The notes under the pieces: model-generated
What the model was told of the DNA's origin: nothing
Seen by the model: the letters and a program-made list of their open reading frames with translations, nothing else
Databases searched by the model: none
NCBI GenBank assembly: GCA_032718475.1
Contig: JAUCBJ010007442.1
Location: 1 to 64,000, forward strand
DNA: 64,000 nt
Direction: 5' to 3'
From: Nemertoderma westbladi
Lineage: Eukaryota; Animalia; Xenacoelomorpha
Made by a program: the position numbers and the translations under genes
Part shown: in pieces, positions 39,429 to 50,920 of the stretch
Layout: every line of letters begins with the position of its first letter
Numbering within the stretch: the stretch's first letter is position 1

Positions 39429-40623
39429 TGTAAAAGCCTTTGCTGAATTGCCCCGTTATTTTTCTTATTTTTACATTAAAATACTCTGTAGTTGATTTAA
39501 TAGGCGTAAGAGACCGTATTATTGCTGTATCGGTGTTTTTTAGAGGATCTAAGAGCTATTTCCTCCGTATGTGTACTGTGGAAGGCATAGTTGATGATTC
39601 TATGGCAATTCCGTGACGCAAAAGGGGCTAGATACTCTTGAACAGTAGTTACTATGACGACGGTTAACAGCTGATATTCATACGTGTCGATTTTCTTTGT
39701 TCTACGGCGTCTCTTAGTTTAGTCAACCAATCAGAGCGTTTTTACGGCTCTTGTACAGAAATTTCCGAGAAATCACGCAATGCATTATGGGCAGTGTTAT
39801 CATTCTGTCCTGAGCCAGGAAAGAACGGCTTTTAGAATATTTGTGTTTTTCTGCTTTTAGCCTAACACTAGTAGGCTTAATTATAAGGACATATATCCGT
39901 TATCTCACTTATTCTACACTATCCATAACTTAACATATCATACATATCTTACTTAACATTACTGCTTTTGCTGTCGGTTATTCATTATCTTTGTTGATGA
40001 AATATTATATTTGGAATAACGAGAAATAACCCCGAAAACCCAATATTCTTGATATACCGAAGGTAAGAGAGACAGGTTACATATAACGATTGTGACTTAT
40101 GTTAAAGTGGTTTGAAGTGAATCTAATGTCATTTGATAGACCCTACATGATTCGGTCTGTGTTCCTTTTATATGTGACTAAAATCAGTGAAGATCGGCAG
40201 ATCAGTGTGCAGTATTGTGCAGCATTGTGTATGAGTGAGACTGATAACGAAGCATTTCCTAAAGAATGCGCCATATATGTGAATTATAACTAGGCCATAT
40301 CGTTGCATGTAGTTTAAGTCATAGCTCTGTTTATATAGATAAAGCGCCACGTCCAAAAGGAACTGTTAATATTCCCCGAAGGTGAATAATATTGTCAGAG
40401 ATTATAATACTGTCAGTCGAATAATACATTAGGCTTACATAGCAATAAGATTAAGCCGTCGAAGTCAATCTCCCGGGTATATCCAGCGGGTGAATGATCG
40501 CGCACGGATTGGTTTCAACTAGTGTAGTGAATCAAATACTTGTCAGAGGCTAAAAGTGATTTATTATCTAGAAGACATCCTAATTTGGCGGGTTAAACTG
40601 CCAAAGGTCTGAAAGCACGAACA
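39429..40623 (+). repeat. 5' LTR (1195 bp)
   Basis: TGTAAAAGCC...GCACGAACA; direct repeat of 53981-55162. Confidence 0.95.
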
Positions 40624-40904
40624 ATAACGGATATCGCTTCTGTATTGCAGTAGGCAATAAAGCTGAAGTACCGGCAACCGGTACCCAGTAGGCCTGACTA
40701 CCTAACCACCCGGACCGGTACCTACAGCAGTACAGGTACAGCAGTATTATTCGATTTTGATTATTATATACCAGTAGGTCTTAATAATTAATCGGGGACG
40801 CCTGGTTTTTATTGGGATTTTACTTAGGCCTATTTCTGTCAGTTTTATTTATTTGTAGGCCAGTATTGAACAGAAGGCGTGTAAGCCTGATCAGATTGTA
40901 CAGA

Positions 40905-41480
40905 CAATTTGTAGGCTGGGCTGTTGTCTGATTGTTGTTAAGTCTGAACAGATTGCAGTGTGTGTAGATCATCTGTCCGATAAAGAACGGTTAGGAAGTA
41001 GGGGCAGCCATAGCTGTAAGGTAAACCCCCATCTAAAGAATACGTCGTACTACTGGGTTAGAACGCATACTACCTAACCATTTCGGAGTCTGCATGTCCT
41101 GTAGTTTATTTAGGCTTGAGAATAGTCTGCCATCGTTTAGTCTGTACTTTGTTTGTGTAGTCTGTACAGGTAGCGTATAATATTTATTTAGATAATTTGT
41201 AGGCTGGATAGTTGTCTGGCTGTTATTGGGTCTGAAGGGATTATAGTGTGTGTAGAGTGTCTGTTCGATAAAGTGCGGTTAGGAAGTAGGGGCAGCCAAA
41301 GCTGTAAGGTAAATCCCCTCCTAAAGAATAAGTCATACTACTAGGTTAGAACGCATACTAACTAACTATTTCGGAATCTGCACATACTGTAATTTATTTA
41401 GGCTTGATAGTAGTCTGTCAGTATTTAGTCTGCATTTTGTTTGAGTAGTTTGTACGCGTAGCGTAATATTTATTATTCAG
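40905..41480 (+). repeat. Two diverged ~288-bp tandem units in the LTR-element leader
   Basis: AGGAAGTAGGGGCAGCC at 40993 and 41281; surrounding sequence aligns. Confidence 0.8.
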
Positions 41481-42813
41481 AGTTTATGCGATTATTCGCA
41501 ACATTCATTCCCCAAGTTTATTCCTACAGTAATTGTGTTTGTTATATATACCGCTATAGTTAAATTAACCATGGTACTACACGGGCTGCTTGGCGTAGGT
41601 AAAGACTGGTGATTTTGTGCACCGGTCACTCCAGCAGATGCCGTGGTTCTTTTAGCTGTTCAAGTATATTTAACTACTGATTATCTGTTGTACAAGTACT
41701 CGTACCTAATTTAGGGTTTAGTGTACAGTGCTTTCCGAAGGTAATTGGTGTGTAGGCAGTATATTTGTGTTGTAAAGTGGTTAATAGGCACGTTGGTTCT
41801 GGTAGACTGCGGTAATTAACTTCTAGGTAGGGACACTCCGTGATACATAACGTAGTACCTATAGCGATACGGCTATAGGTCGTCAGACGGTGGTATTTTC
41901 CTATCTGGACAACGCAGTGTATTTACTACTACTTATTATTTTCAAATACCGTAGTACCCTGTCCGTTGTAATAACCAGATTTCTAACCCTTTGTTAGGCT
42001 GGTTTGTAGACTTCTTGTAAAATTACCCTAAAAATTCGTATTTGTGTTTTTTGTAAATTTTTGTGTTCATTTAGAGATTGAAATCTCACCCGAATTGTAC
42101 GTAATTTGTAGTATTAAGTAACTTAGGTAAATTAGAATTATTTGTTTTAGTGTCTAACAAGTAGCACTTCACTGAGAGCGCACAGCTTCTGTGTAGTGAC
42201 TCCTTCCCAGAAATAATAACATTTATTTCAAATACTGACAAAACCCATTAAACGGGTATATATATATTATAAATCAAATCTAACGATTTATAAATAGTAG
42301 GCCTACCATACAACCATTAGGTCTCAATATCAGTTGGACTACTGCTCAAATAACGGTAATAAAGTAAGTAAAGTAACCAAGTAACCCTAAAATTCAGAAA
42401 TTCAATTATTTAAAATAATTGATATACCGGTATTTACGATAGGCCTATTATCTTTATTTCTATAAATTTAGGCTGAAATTATACCGGTACTTTGTAATTA
42501 ATTCTAGTCCAGAGTTATACTTATAAATACTACAAACTGTAAGCTGTATACCGGTATTCCCGATAGGCCTATTATATATTTATATATATTTGTGCTAAAA
42601 TTATTCCGGTATTCTGTGATAAACCTAGTCTGTAATAATACTTATATAGTTATATATACTATAAGCATACCGGTATTCTAATATATTATATATATATCAC
42701 GCTACACTGAGTAGCAGTATCGGTAATTAATTACTAGGCTAGCAGTTAATACTGAATTACTAGACTTGCTTAGACTGTAATATAGCAGTAGGCATTCAAC
42801 TGTACACACAAAC

Positions 42814-45800
42814 ATGTCTGATACTAAGCAGAACCTGTCAGACAGTTTATTAGATGTAACTATCTGCGACTCAGATAGAGGTGTAGAACCGTCTAGTCCT
42901 AAGTTCAGTTCACCTCCCACTGTGAGGAAGGTCATCCCTCCAGTAGTAATATCAGATCCTAGGCTGGTCCAACACCATAGGTCTATCATAGGCACTCGAG
43001 CTCAGGTCAAGCGGGACCAAGAAGCAGCGGAACAGCAACAACCCGCGAGCCAAGAACTTATTTCTCAGTGGCCCGACAGCTCCAGTAGTGAGGATACTGT
43101 AGAGCTGACACCCGAGCGCGGAGCAAAGATGACGGATGCGGTTTATTCGGACCCCCTTCTCATCCTTCCTGCAGCCGTACTCACTAGGTTATTGATTGCG
43201 GTGGAAGAACACCAGATCGATTGGGCAAGAAGTAAGCGATCGACTAAAGATAGTTATGCGGGATACACAAGGGAAGAACTGAAGTCTATTGTCGAGTCGC
43301 AATGGAACTTCCCCGGACCCGGACTCCCGTTTGATTTATCAGAAGCTGCCTGGGAAGACATACACCGGATGGGAGTAGCCAAGGAAACCATCGATCCAGC
43401 TGTGTGGAAGAGGTCCGCAGCCGGATACGCACAGGGATTCTTCAGCTCTATGGAGCGAGTAAAAGAACAACTGTTTCAACAACCTCAAGGACCTCAAGAG
43501 CAGGGACAACTGCTTTATCAAGTTAGAGAAAGAATTCTGCGAATTAGGCTAATCTTATCGGCCTTTGAGGAGGCTTCTAAACGAAGACAAGACACGTCGT
43601 TGCAAGTTGCCGTAAAGACTTGGTTTCAACGGGTGAGTCTCCAGGTTCAAGGAACGGCTCAGTGGAAAGCTCAGCTGGAGGAGCGCTCAACCCATGGAGA
43701 ATCAACAGACGCTACTTTTTCCCAAGTGGAAAGTGAAGCGACGGCAGAGAAGCCGCATAAGAGGGATGCCATTGACATCTATCTGTCAGACTATCAACGT
43801 TTTTTAGGTGATGACGAGTTGAGGAGAAGGTTAGATGGACTTAGCCCTAATAGTGAAGGAACTCAGCGTGTGTTGGATGCCATCGATGTGGAAATGAGGG
43901 CTGCGAACCAGGCTAAATTTGATGAACAACTCCGCATCACACGAGTCCAAGAAGAACAAGTAAAGAAAAAACGTATAGAAGACAGAAAGAAAGCAGCAGT
44001 AGCAGCTGCCGAAGCGGAAAGGAAAGCAGCCGAAGAGGAAAGTAAAGCCGACGAAATGGAAAGGAAAGCGGCAGCGGCAGCGGCAGCGGCAGAGGCAGAT
44101 GCGAAAAGAAAAGCAGCCGAAATGAAAAGAAAGGCGGCCATGGCAGTGGCAGAAGCAGAACGGAGAGCGGTGGAAGAAATCACCCAATTAGAATTGGAAA
44201 ACATTCAGGAGAATCAAGACTGCATAAATAAACAGTTAGCAGCTAGTAATATGCAGATGATGAATCGATCTACTCCCAAAAGACAGGGATATACATCATC
44301 TGAGGAAGGCGATACCACCGATAATGAAGGCAAAGGAAATAGATCTCGTCTAAGCAGACGTAAAAGAACATCCCACCGTCAGAAATTGCCTGATTTGCCT
44401 CCAGCTGTTAGAAGGCAACTAAATAACACCAACTTAGGTAGTACAGAACCCACAGACCAAATAATTAAAATAGAAAGACTCCCTACTATAGTAGATGAGC
44501 CTGAAATAATTAGGCCTGTTCTTGAAATCACCCCTTCGGTGATAGACACACCTGTGCTCCCTGAAGCTACCTCTAAATTCCCTCTGCACAGCACTAAGCT
44601 ACCTGTGCCCAGTAGAACAGCCCATGAGACAGTTCAGGTCCTGGACCCCGAGCGAAATATTCATGATTTGTCGCCCGTTGTCCCTCGTCCGCCCGCTACA
44701 ACGTTGGCGACTCCCGCTTCGGCGGTCGAATGGGTGGACAAGAGACGGCGGGGGATGGATCTCCTGCTCGGGCAGATGCAGGAGACTGTTCAGCAATTCA
44801 AGGGCACAATAAGGGAAAGTAGGCTAGAGTTGCAAGAAGTGCAGCAAAGTATCGCGCTAGAACGCGATAAATTAGTAAATACACAAAGGGGTATACCACC
44901 ACCCTCGGTAACAATGTGTCAACCTGTTAGGTCTGAAGTATCTCATGCGCAAGGTGTGGAGCCTACACGCATATATACTGCTAGCGAAGTAGAAACTCCT
45001 ATAGTGAACCCTATTAAGGGTAATTATAGACCTGTTGATAATGACATTCCCTATAGACCTGATCATAATCCGAGAAATTTATATACCGATAACTCGATAT
45101 TAAATAACACGATGGCCCAAGAAAGTTTTACGCGTCAAATGGCTAGAACCGAAGCCCGGCAAGCGGTAAAGGTGGGAGAGATCGTCAAGTTCAATGGAGA
45201 TGAGATGAAATGGTTACCTTTTAATGAATATTACAAAGATAACATACAGAACTCTGTACTATCTAATGGAGAGAAACTTAGATTCCTCATCGAGTGCTTG
45301 GAAGGATCTCCCAAGTTAATGGCGTTAAAGTTTATTGGACATCCAGACGGATTAAGACAAGTTTGGGATACACTAAACATCAGGTATGGTAATAGGAATA
45401 ACATAGCTGGGTATTTGTATGCAAAGTTGGTAGCGCCCCGAAAGTTTATTAGCAGCGGGATTATAGAGTTTTCCGATGAAATTCAGGAGATCTGCAGACA
45501 ATTAGATTGGCTAGGTAAGTCTCATGAGTATCAGAGTGCTATGGTTATTAGAGCAGTGGCTTCTACTTTACCGAAGGGTGGAGTAGGTACACGCTGGGAC
45601 AAGAAAGTGTTATACATGATGGAACAACAACAACGAGACCCTACCATGACTGATCTCATGACATTCTTGGATGGCGAAGTGAAATTACAGCTCATAAAGC
45701 AGTCCAGAGAGAAGACATCGGAAAACAAGGTAAGTGAGAAACCCGTCTCCAGAAGAAAGGTAACACCAGTGTGTTATACCGACGACGGCGAAAGCCAAGC

Positions 45801-46440
45801 TTCCCAAGGGGAGGATAGCGGGAAAGACACTGAAAGATCTTATTATGTCAATAAAAAACATAACGAACAGGGAAGTATATTTAAGTCTCGATCCAATGAC
45901 AAGAGAGAACAAGTAAGAAAAACTCCTCCTACGTCTCCCAAGAGAATTCAGGTGAGAAAGCCCGAAGAAAGAACGAGAGTGCACAATGTCACCCAAAATA
46001 AGGTAAGTAACATCAAACCGAAATGTGCGCTATGTGACGGGACCCACCGTTTGAATATGTGTGATGAATTCCTGAAGAATTCATTAACGGAGAGACGAGA
46101 AGTCATGTGGGATAAGCGGTTATGTTATAATTGCCTCAGACAAGGACACCAACGGCGAACCTGTTACTCCGACATAAGGTGTGCAAAGTGTGGTGCGAAA
46201 CATCATATCTTGTTGCACGCTGAATTCGAGCGAAATAGTACGAATCAGGTAAGTGATTCCGAACTACATGTCCAATTCAGTGATGTGAACGACACTGATC
46301 AATCTGAGATGGAAGGATTCTATACGGACGAGTTCTCCGACGAAAACGAATCCTGTTACATGATAAATACCGCAGTGTATCGAGCACTCACATATGAAAA
46401 AGATACGGACAGCGACCTCACCCTAACTACTTCTGATTGA
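42814..46440 (+). CDS. BEL/Pao Gag (1208 aa, long N-terminal coiled-coil/low-complexity extension)
   Basis: KFNGDEMKWLPF...EKLRFLIECLEG (DUF1759-like); CALCDGTHRLNMC, CYNCLRQGHQRRTC and CAKCGAKHHILLH. Confidence 0.92.
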   Translation: MSDTKQNLSDSLLDVTICDSDRGVEPSSPKFSSPPTVRKVIPPVVISDPRLVQHHRSIIGTRAQVKRDQEAAEQQQPASQELISQWPDSSSSEDTVELTPERGAKMTDAVYSDPLLILPAAVLTRLLIAVEEHQIDWARSKRSTKDSYAGYTREELKSIVESQWNFPGPGLPFDLSEAAWEDIHRMGVAKETIDPAVWKRSAAGYAQGFFSSMERVKEQLFQQPQGPQEQGQLLYQVRERILRIRLILSAFEEASKRRQDTSLQVAVKTWFQRVSLQVQGTAQWKAQLEERSTHGESTDATFSQVESEATAEKPHKRDAIDIYLSDYQRFLGDDELRRRLDGLSPNSEGTQRVLDAIDVEMRAANQAKFDEQLRITRVQEEQVKKKRIEDRKKAAVAAAEAERKAAEEESKADEMERKAAAAAAAAEADAKRKAAEMKRKAAMAVAEAERRAVEEITQLELENIQENQDCINKQLAASNMQMMNRSTPKRQGYTSSEEGDTTDNEGKGNRSRLSRRKRTSHRQKLPDLPPAVRRQLNNTNLGSTEPTDQIIKIERLPTIVDEPEIIRPVLEITPSVIDTPVLPEATSKFPLHSTKLPVPSRTAHETVQVLDPERNIHDLSPVVPRPPATTLATPASAVEWVDKRRRGMDLLLGQMQETVQQFKGTIRESRLELQEVQQSIALERDKLVNTQRGIPPPSVTMCQPVRSEVSHAQGVEPTRIYTASEVETPIVNPIKGNYRPVDNDIPYRPDHNPRNLYTDNSILNNTMAQESFTRQMARTEARQAVKVGEIVKFNGDEMKWLPFNEYYKDNIQNSVLSNGEKLRFLIECLEGSPKLMALKFIGHPDGLRQVWDTLNIRYGNRNNIAGYLYAKLVAPRKFISSGIIEFSDEIQEICRQLDWLGKSHEYQSAMVIRAVASTLPKGGVGTRWDKKVLYMMEQQQRDPTMTDLMTFLDGEVKLQLIKQSREKTSENKVSEKPVSRRKVTPVCYTDDGESQASQGEDSGKDTERSYYVNKKHNEQGSIFKSRSNDKREQVRKTPPTSPKRIQVRKPEERTRVHNVTQNKVSNIKPKCALCDGTHRLNMCDEFLKNSLTERREVMWDKRLCYNCLRQGHQRRTCYSDIRCAKCGAKHHILLHAEFERNSTNQVSDSELHVQFSDVNDTDQSEMEGFYTDEFSDENESCYMINTAVYRALTYEKDTDSDLTLTTSD

Positions 46441-46959
46441 CGACCATCTTGGAAAGCGCCATCTTCCAATGTAGGGATCCGAGAGTTTCCTGTGGTGCAG
46501 GTAAGGGTTCACGGACCTAAAAGGAGTTATGTAGTGAACGCCCTCCTTGACTCCGGTAGTACAGGAACATTCATCGACAAAGAGCTAGCCGAAGACATAT
46601 TTGCTGGACAACCCAAGTTCCGAACTAAGCTAAACATGTCGGGCATTATGCAAGTTTGGAAATCTACAGTAACAGCGGATTATTATGTAGGCGCGTTGTC
46701 CACCCCCCAGGATGAACTAGGAGAACATAGCATAAGGTCAGTGAAAATGGTGGCAATTAAGAACTTCGCTACCACTCAAGTGGAACCTTATAACTGGGAC
46801 GAGGACGATTTCGCCCAGCAGATGGAAATACCTAGATTCGACACCGATTACCCTGGAGTGCAAATACTCATCGGTCAAAACGCGCATGAGGCGCTGGAGA
46901 CATTAGAGAAACGACCTGCTCAACCGCAACCACTTGCAGACCTATGCGGTAAGAACTAG
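46441..46959 (+). CDS. Aspartic protease segment, in frame with gag after a single TGA
   Basis: ALLDSGSTGTFI and ILIGQN; open from 46441; frameshift into the pol frame near 46935. Confidence 0.85.
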   Translation, partial: RPSWKAPSSNVGIREFPVVQVRVHGPKRSYVVNALLDSGSTGTFIDKELAEDIFAGQPKFRTKLNMSGIMQVWKSTVTADYYVGALSTPQDELGEHSIRSVKMVAIKNFATTQVEPYNWDEDDFAQQMEIPRFDTDYPGVQILIGQNAHEALETLEKRPAQPQPLADLCGKN

Positions 46960-49900
46960 AGTAGGTTGGTACCTTACTGGACCTTCCCGAAGAACACTCA
47001 GAGAAAGACTACCGCAAGAGCGCGTCTGCCAGGTGAGTGAATGGGAAGATGATACTAGTGAGGGAGACGATTTAACTGAGGGAACTCCATACTCCTCAGA
47101 TAACGACGACGTTCACCAGCTTTTTGATGAGGAGAATACCATCGATCTCCTTAAGGAAAACGAGGCTTGGCAAAACCAAGTGAACTTATGTCAACTTCTC
47201 TATCCATCTGAACGAGAAGCTTATAACGACGAGTTAAATGACGTCATTGAGCGTTATAATGCCAAGACTCGAGATGAACATGCCGTACGATTCTTTACGC
47301 AAGAGGCGGTAGAGCCCAATTCCTACGATAAAGCCTTATCGGTGGAAGAGGAAAGGGCCAAGCAGATCCAAGAGACAACTACACGTTTCCTCAAAGATCA
47401 AGGTAGGTATGAAGTCGGTCTACCTTTCCGCAAGAGAGAACCGAAGTTCATCAATAACAGACCCTTGGCGGAAAAAAGAATCGCGCAACTCCATCGACGC
47501 CTTACGGCTAATTCTTCAGCTAAAGAAATGTATCAAACACAGCTGGAGAAATTTATTAGTAAGGGATACGCGGAGAGAGTACCGGAAGAAACACCTGTGA
47601 CTGAAAGAACGTATTACTTAACTCACCATTACGTTCCTAAACCCGGTAAACCACATGAAGTGAGAGTAGTGTTTGATGGCTCCGCTCTTTACATGGGTCA
47701 ATCCCTTAACTCTGAATTGTTACCCGGACCCAACTTACTTCAATCTTTGTTGGGAATTCTTTTAAGATTGAGACAATATTCGATTGCTTTCGCCTCCGAT
47801 ATAGAAGGCATGTTCTTACAAGTCAAGGTGCTAGATAGGGATCGAGATAGTCTACGATTTCTGTGGTGGCCCGAAGGAGACCTCAACCAGAAACCGGTGG
47901 AGTACTGGATGACCATCCAGGCCTTTGGGATAATCTCAAGCCCTTCCAACGCCTGTTCGGTAGTGCGTACCACTGCAGAGGACAACCGAGAGGCCTTCTC
48001 TAAGGAAGTGATCGACAACATCAAGCGGGACATATACATGGACGATAATCTGAAGTCCCTTCCATCAGTTGAAGAAGCCATTGAGGTCGCTAAAGGAACG
48101 GTAGAGTGCTTAAAAAGAGGTGGGTTTCGATTAACGAAATTCACCAGCAACTCCCGTGAGTTTCTGGAGTCGATCCCTGCGGAAGATCGAGGGGCGAAAG
48201 ATCTAGATTTGATCAAAGATGATCTGCCAGAAACCAAGACACTCGGCTTGAAATGGGACACAGAGCGAGATATCCTGTTTTTCCAGCTAAAACAGCGAGA
48301 TAATCCAGTTCGAACCAAACGGATTTGTTTAAGTATACTGAGCACTTATTTCGATCCATTGGGATTTATTAGCCCAGTTATATTGATTGCTCGGAGTTTG
48401 GTACAACAAATGTGGCTTGAAAACCACTCATGGGACGATCCACTTAAGGGAGAATTATTAAAGAAGTGGATGAAATGGGAAGATTCTCTGCCGGCTATCG
48501 AGGATTTTATAATTTCCCGTTCATATTTTGGTCATGTTCTCCCTACGTATTCCTATCAACTCCATGTGTTTGGAGACGCCAGCGATATGGGAATAGGTAT
48601 AGTAGCCTACCTAAGAGTGGAAACTCCGGATGGAATCAAAGTCGCCTTGGTTACTTCTAAGGCATTAATCAACAACAAGTTGAAAGTTCCTCGAGCGGAG
48701 TTAAAGGCGGCTCTATACGCTACAGCCATCGGCCGGAATGTAACAGAACAGATTGACTATCCATTAGAGAAAACTGTCTATTGGACCGACGCTTTACTCG
48801 TGTTAGAGTATATAACCAATGAAGTCTGTCAGTTCAGCGTCTTCGTTACCAACAGAGTAGCCATCATACTTAGTCGCACGACGATGGATCAATGGAGACA
48901 TTGCCCCGGAACGATTAATCCAGCAGACATCGCTTCCAGGGGAGCGACTCCAAAGGAATTGGTAAATACTCCCGAATGGTTAGGTGGACCCGACTTTCTC
49001 TACAGAGAAGAAGAAGAATGGCCTCCCCATCTCACAACAGCAGAGATCAGACAGGCCAAGGGAGCGGAGAAAGTTAAACCCAAAACTCGAGCGAGTAAAT
49101 CGAAGTTGTTTAAACCTGCGGTTGATCTATCTGTATTATTTACTTCCGGAGATGATGCTTTGGATCAGAAACCCACCGCCACGGATAAAGAAGTCTTGGA
49201 AATCCGTGACAAGGATTGGAAATCTGGAATACCAGATATTTCGCAAGGACTCTCACCTCTCCTGCAGAGAGTGATACGTCACTACAGTTCCTGGAATCGG
49301 CTCTGTAAAGCCGTCACCTATTTGAAACGATGTTTTCATCATCGTTACTCCGGGACAAAGACCAATAGTGATGATGCTCCATCAACATCTGCACGAGTCC
49401 ATGTTGTTAAAGATCTTCCCAAATACAAGATATCCGACAGGTTTCTAAAGGAGAAGATCAGTTACCAGGAGCATGATGAAACCAACAAACAGATGCTGAG
49501 ACTCCTACAATGCTATGAGGATTCCGATAAGTATTTCCTGTTGTTAAGAAATCCGCAGATGCGCTTAAGGGATCGCTTCTCTAGTACCATGATAGATGGG
49601 TTAATACGTGTTGGAGGCAGGCTTACCAACGCCCCATTATCCTTTGACACTAAGTTTCCCATACTCATTAGAAATCTTGACATACAAATCAAGATGATTG
49701 TAGATGTTCATAGCAAACTGTACCATGCTGGTAGAGAACGAGTTCTGAGCGAAATTCGAACTCGCTACTATTTTTATAAACCCCGTAGGGCTCTGAACCA
49801 AGTTCTTAGGAACTGCATACCCTGTAGGAAAGCATTCAGTAGGCCTTTAACACAGCGAGAGGCAGAATTACCTAGGGAAAGAGTAAGCTTCTATGAACCA

Positions 49901-50920
49901 CCCTTTACTAATACCGGTGTGGATTTATTTGGCCCTATTGAAGTATATCGTGCCCGGACTATAGTCAAGAGATGGTGTGTCATCTTCGTTTGTATGACTT
50001 GTAGAGCTATCCATCTCGATATGGTAAACGATCTATCCACCAACAGCTTCGTGTTAAGTTTACGACGACAGATCGCTCGCTTCGGAACCAGTAACACGAT
50101 GAGATCGGATAAGGGAACGAACTTCATTGGCGCCAACAACGAAATTCAAGCTTACGTAAAGGACTGGAACAAAAGACAGGTGGACGATCAGCTAAAGATA
50201 ACAGCGTCTAGCTGGACCTTCAACGCCGCCGACGCCCCTTGGTGGGGAGGAAGTTGGGAGAGATTGATTAGGAGCGTGAAGACTGCGTTCCACTTTATTG
50301 TACCTTGTCGCGCTTATCTCACCGACGAACTATTGCGGACGTTAATGGAGGAAATCGCCGCCTATCTCAACGAAAGACCGCTTATGCCAGTCTCTTCAAG
50401 TCCTGATTCCCTGGAAGCGCTAACACCCGCGCACTTTCTACTGAAGAAACCCGTAGCCATGCTCCCACGATCGGAGATCACAGACGGAGACGAGTACTGC
50501 CGTCGAACCTGGCAACTTATGCAGTTGCTATCCCGTCGTTTCGCTGACCATTTCGAGAAACATTACCTGCCCACTCTACAACTTCGAACTAAGTGGTTTG
50601 CGCAGCAAGAAAACGTCAGCGCTGGAGACATGGTGCTTATTGTGGACCCCGATCTCCCACGTAAGCGATGGCAAACAGGTCGTATCATCGAGACTCATAT
50701 CTCGAGCGATGGTTTGGTGCGATCAGTAGAACTCGTCGTCATGCGGCGTAACTTTAAGAAACCAGGGATAGTCTTTGAGACTCAACAGCTCAACCGCCCA
50801 GTGGGTCGTTTATGTTTACTGGAAAGAGACAGAGAGCTCTCCGGAAACTATGGAAGGCAAGAAACTCTTCCCACGACCACTTCCCTAATCCAACCGACAT
50901 CTAGGGGCTCCCCAACTTAA
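46934..50920 (+). CDS. BEL/Pao Pol: RT, RNase H, integrase
   Basis: RVVFDGS, DIEGMFLQV, YMDD, FDPLGF, FGDAS, WTDA, NPADIASRG, HHCC zinc finger, GVDLFGP, SDKGTNF and GGSWERL. Confidence 0.95.
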   Translation: MQTYAVRTRVGWYLTGPSRRTLRERLPQERVCQVSEWEDDTSEGDDLTEGTPYSSDNDDVHQLFDEENTIDLLKENEAWQNQVNLCQLLYPSEREAYNDELNDVIERYNAKTRDEHAVRFFTQEAVEPNSYDKALSVEEERAKQIQETTTRFLKDQGRYEVGLPFRKREPKFINNRPLAEKRIAQLHRRLTANSSAKEMYQTQLEKFISKGYAERVPEETPVTERTYYLTHHYVPKPGKPHEVRVVFDGSALYMGQSLNSELLPGPNLLQSLLGILLRLRQYSIAFASDIEGMFLQVKVLDRDRDSLRFLWWPEGDLNQKPVEYWMTIQAFGIISSPSNACSVVRTTAEDNREAFSKEVIDNIKRDIYMDDNLKSLPSVEEAIEVAKGTVECLKRGGFRLTKFTSNSREFLESIPAEDRGAKDLDLIKDDLPETKTLGLKWDTERDILFFQLKQRDNPVRTKRICLSILSTYFDPLGFISPVILIARSLVQQMWLENHSWDDPLKGELLKKWMKWEDSLPAIEDFIISRSYFGHVLPTYSYQLHVFGDASDMGIGIVAYLRVETPDGIKVALVTSKALINNKLKVPRAELKAALYATAIGRNVTEQIDYPLEKTVYWTDALLVLEYITNEVCQFSVFVTNRVAIILSRTTMDQWRHCPGTINPADIASRGATPKELVNTPEWLGGPDFLYREEEEWPPHLTTAEIRQAKGAEKVKPKTRASKSKLFKPAVDLSVLFTSGDDALDQKPTATDKEVLEIRDKDWKSGIPDISQGLSPLLQRVIRHYSSWNRLCKAVTYLKRCFHHRYSGTKTNSDDAPSTSARVHVVKDLPKYKISDRFLKEKISYQEHDETNKQMLRLLQCYEDSDKYFLLLRNPQMRLRDRFSSTMIDGLIRVGGRLTNAPLSFDTKFPILIRNLDIQIKMIVDVHSKLYHAGRERVLSEIRTRYYFYKPRRALNQVLRNCIPCRKAFSRPLTQREAELPRERVSFYEPPFTNTGVDLFGPIEVYRARTIVKRWCVIFVCMTCRAIHLDMVNDLSTNSFVLSLRRQIARFGTSNTMRSDKGTNFIGANNEIQAYVKDWNKRQVDDQLKITASSWTFNAADAPWWGGSWERLIRSVKTAFHFIVPCRAYLTDELLRTLMEEIAAYLNERPLMPVSSSPDSLEALTPAHFLLKKPVAMLPRSEITDGDEYCRRTWQLMQLLSRRFADHFEKHYLPTLQLRTKWFAQQENVSAGDMVLIVDPDLPRKRWQTGRIIETHISSDGLVRSVELVVMRRNFKKPGIVFETQQLNRPVGRLCLLERDRELSGNYGRQETLPTTTSLIQPTSRGSPT

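Noticed and set aside
14445-50139. Short antisense or overlapping ORFs within the GPCR, RT, transposase and gag-pol genes
   Set aside because: Shadow ORFs of real coding sequence, mostly with non-ATG starts and no motifs.
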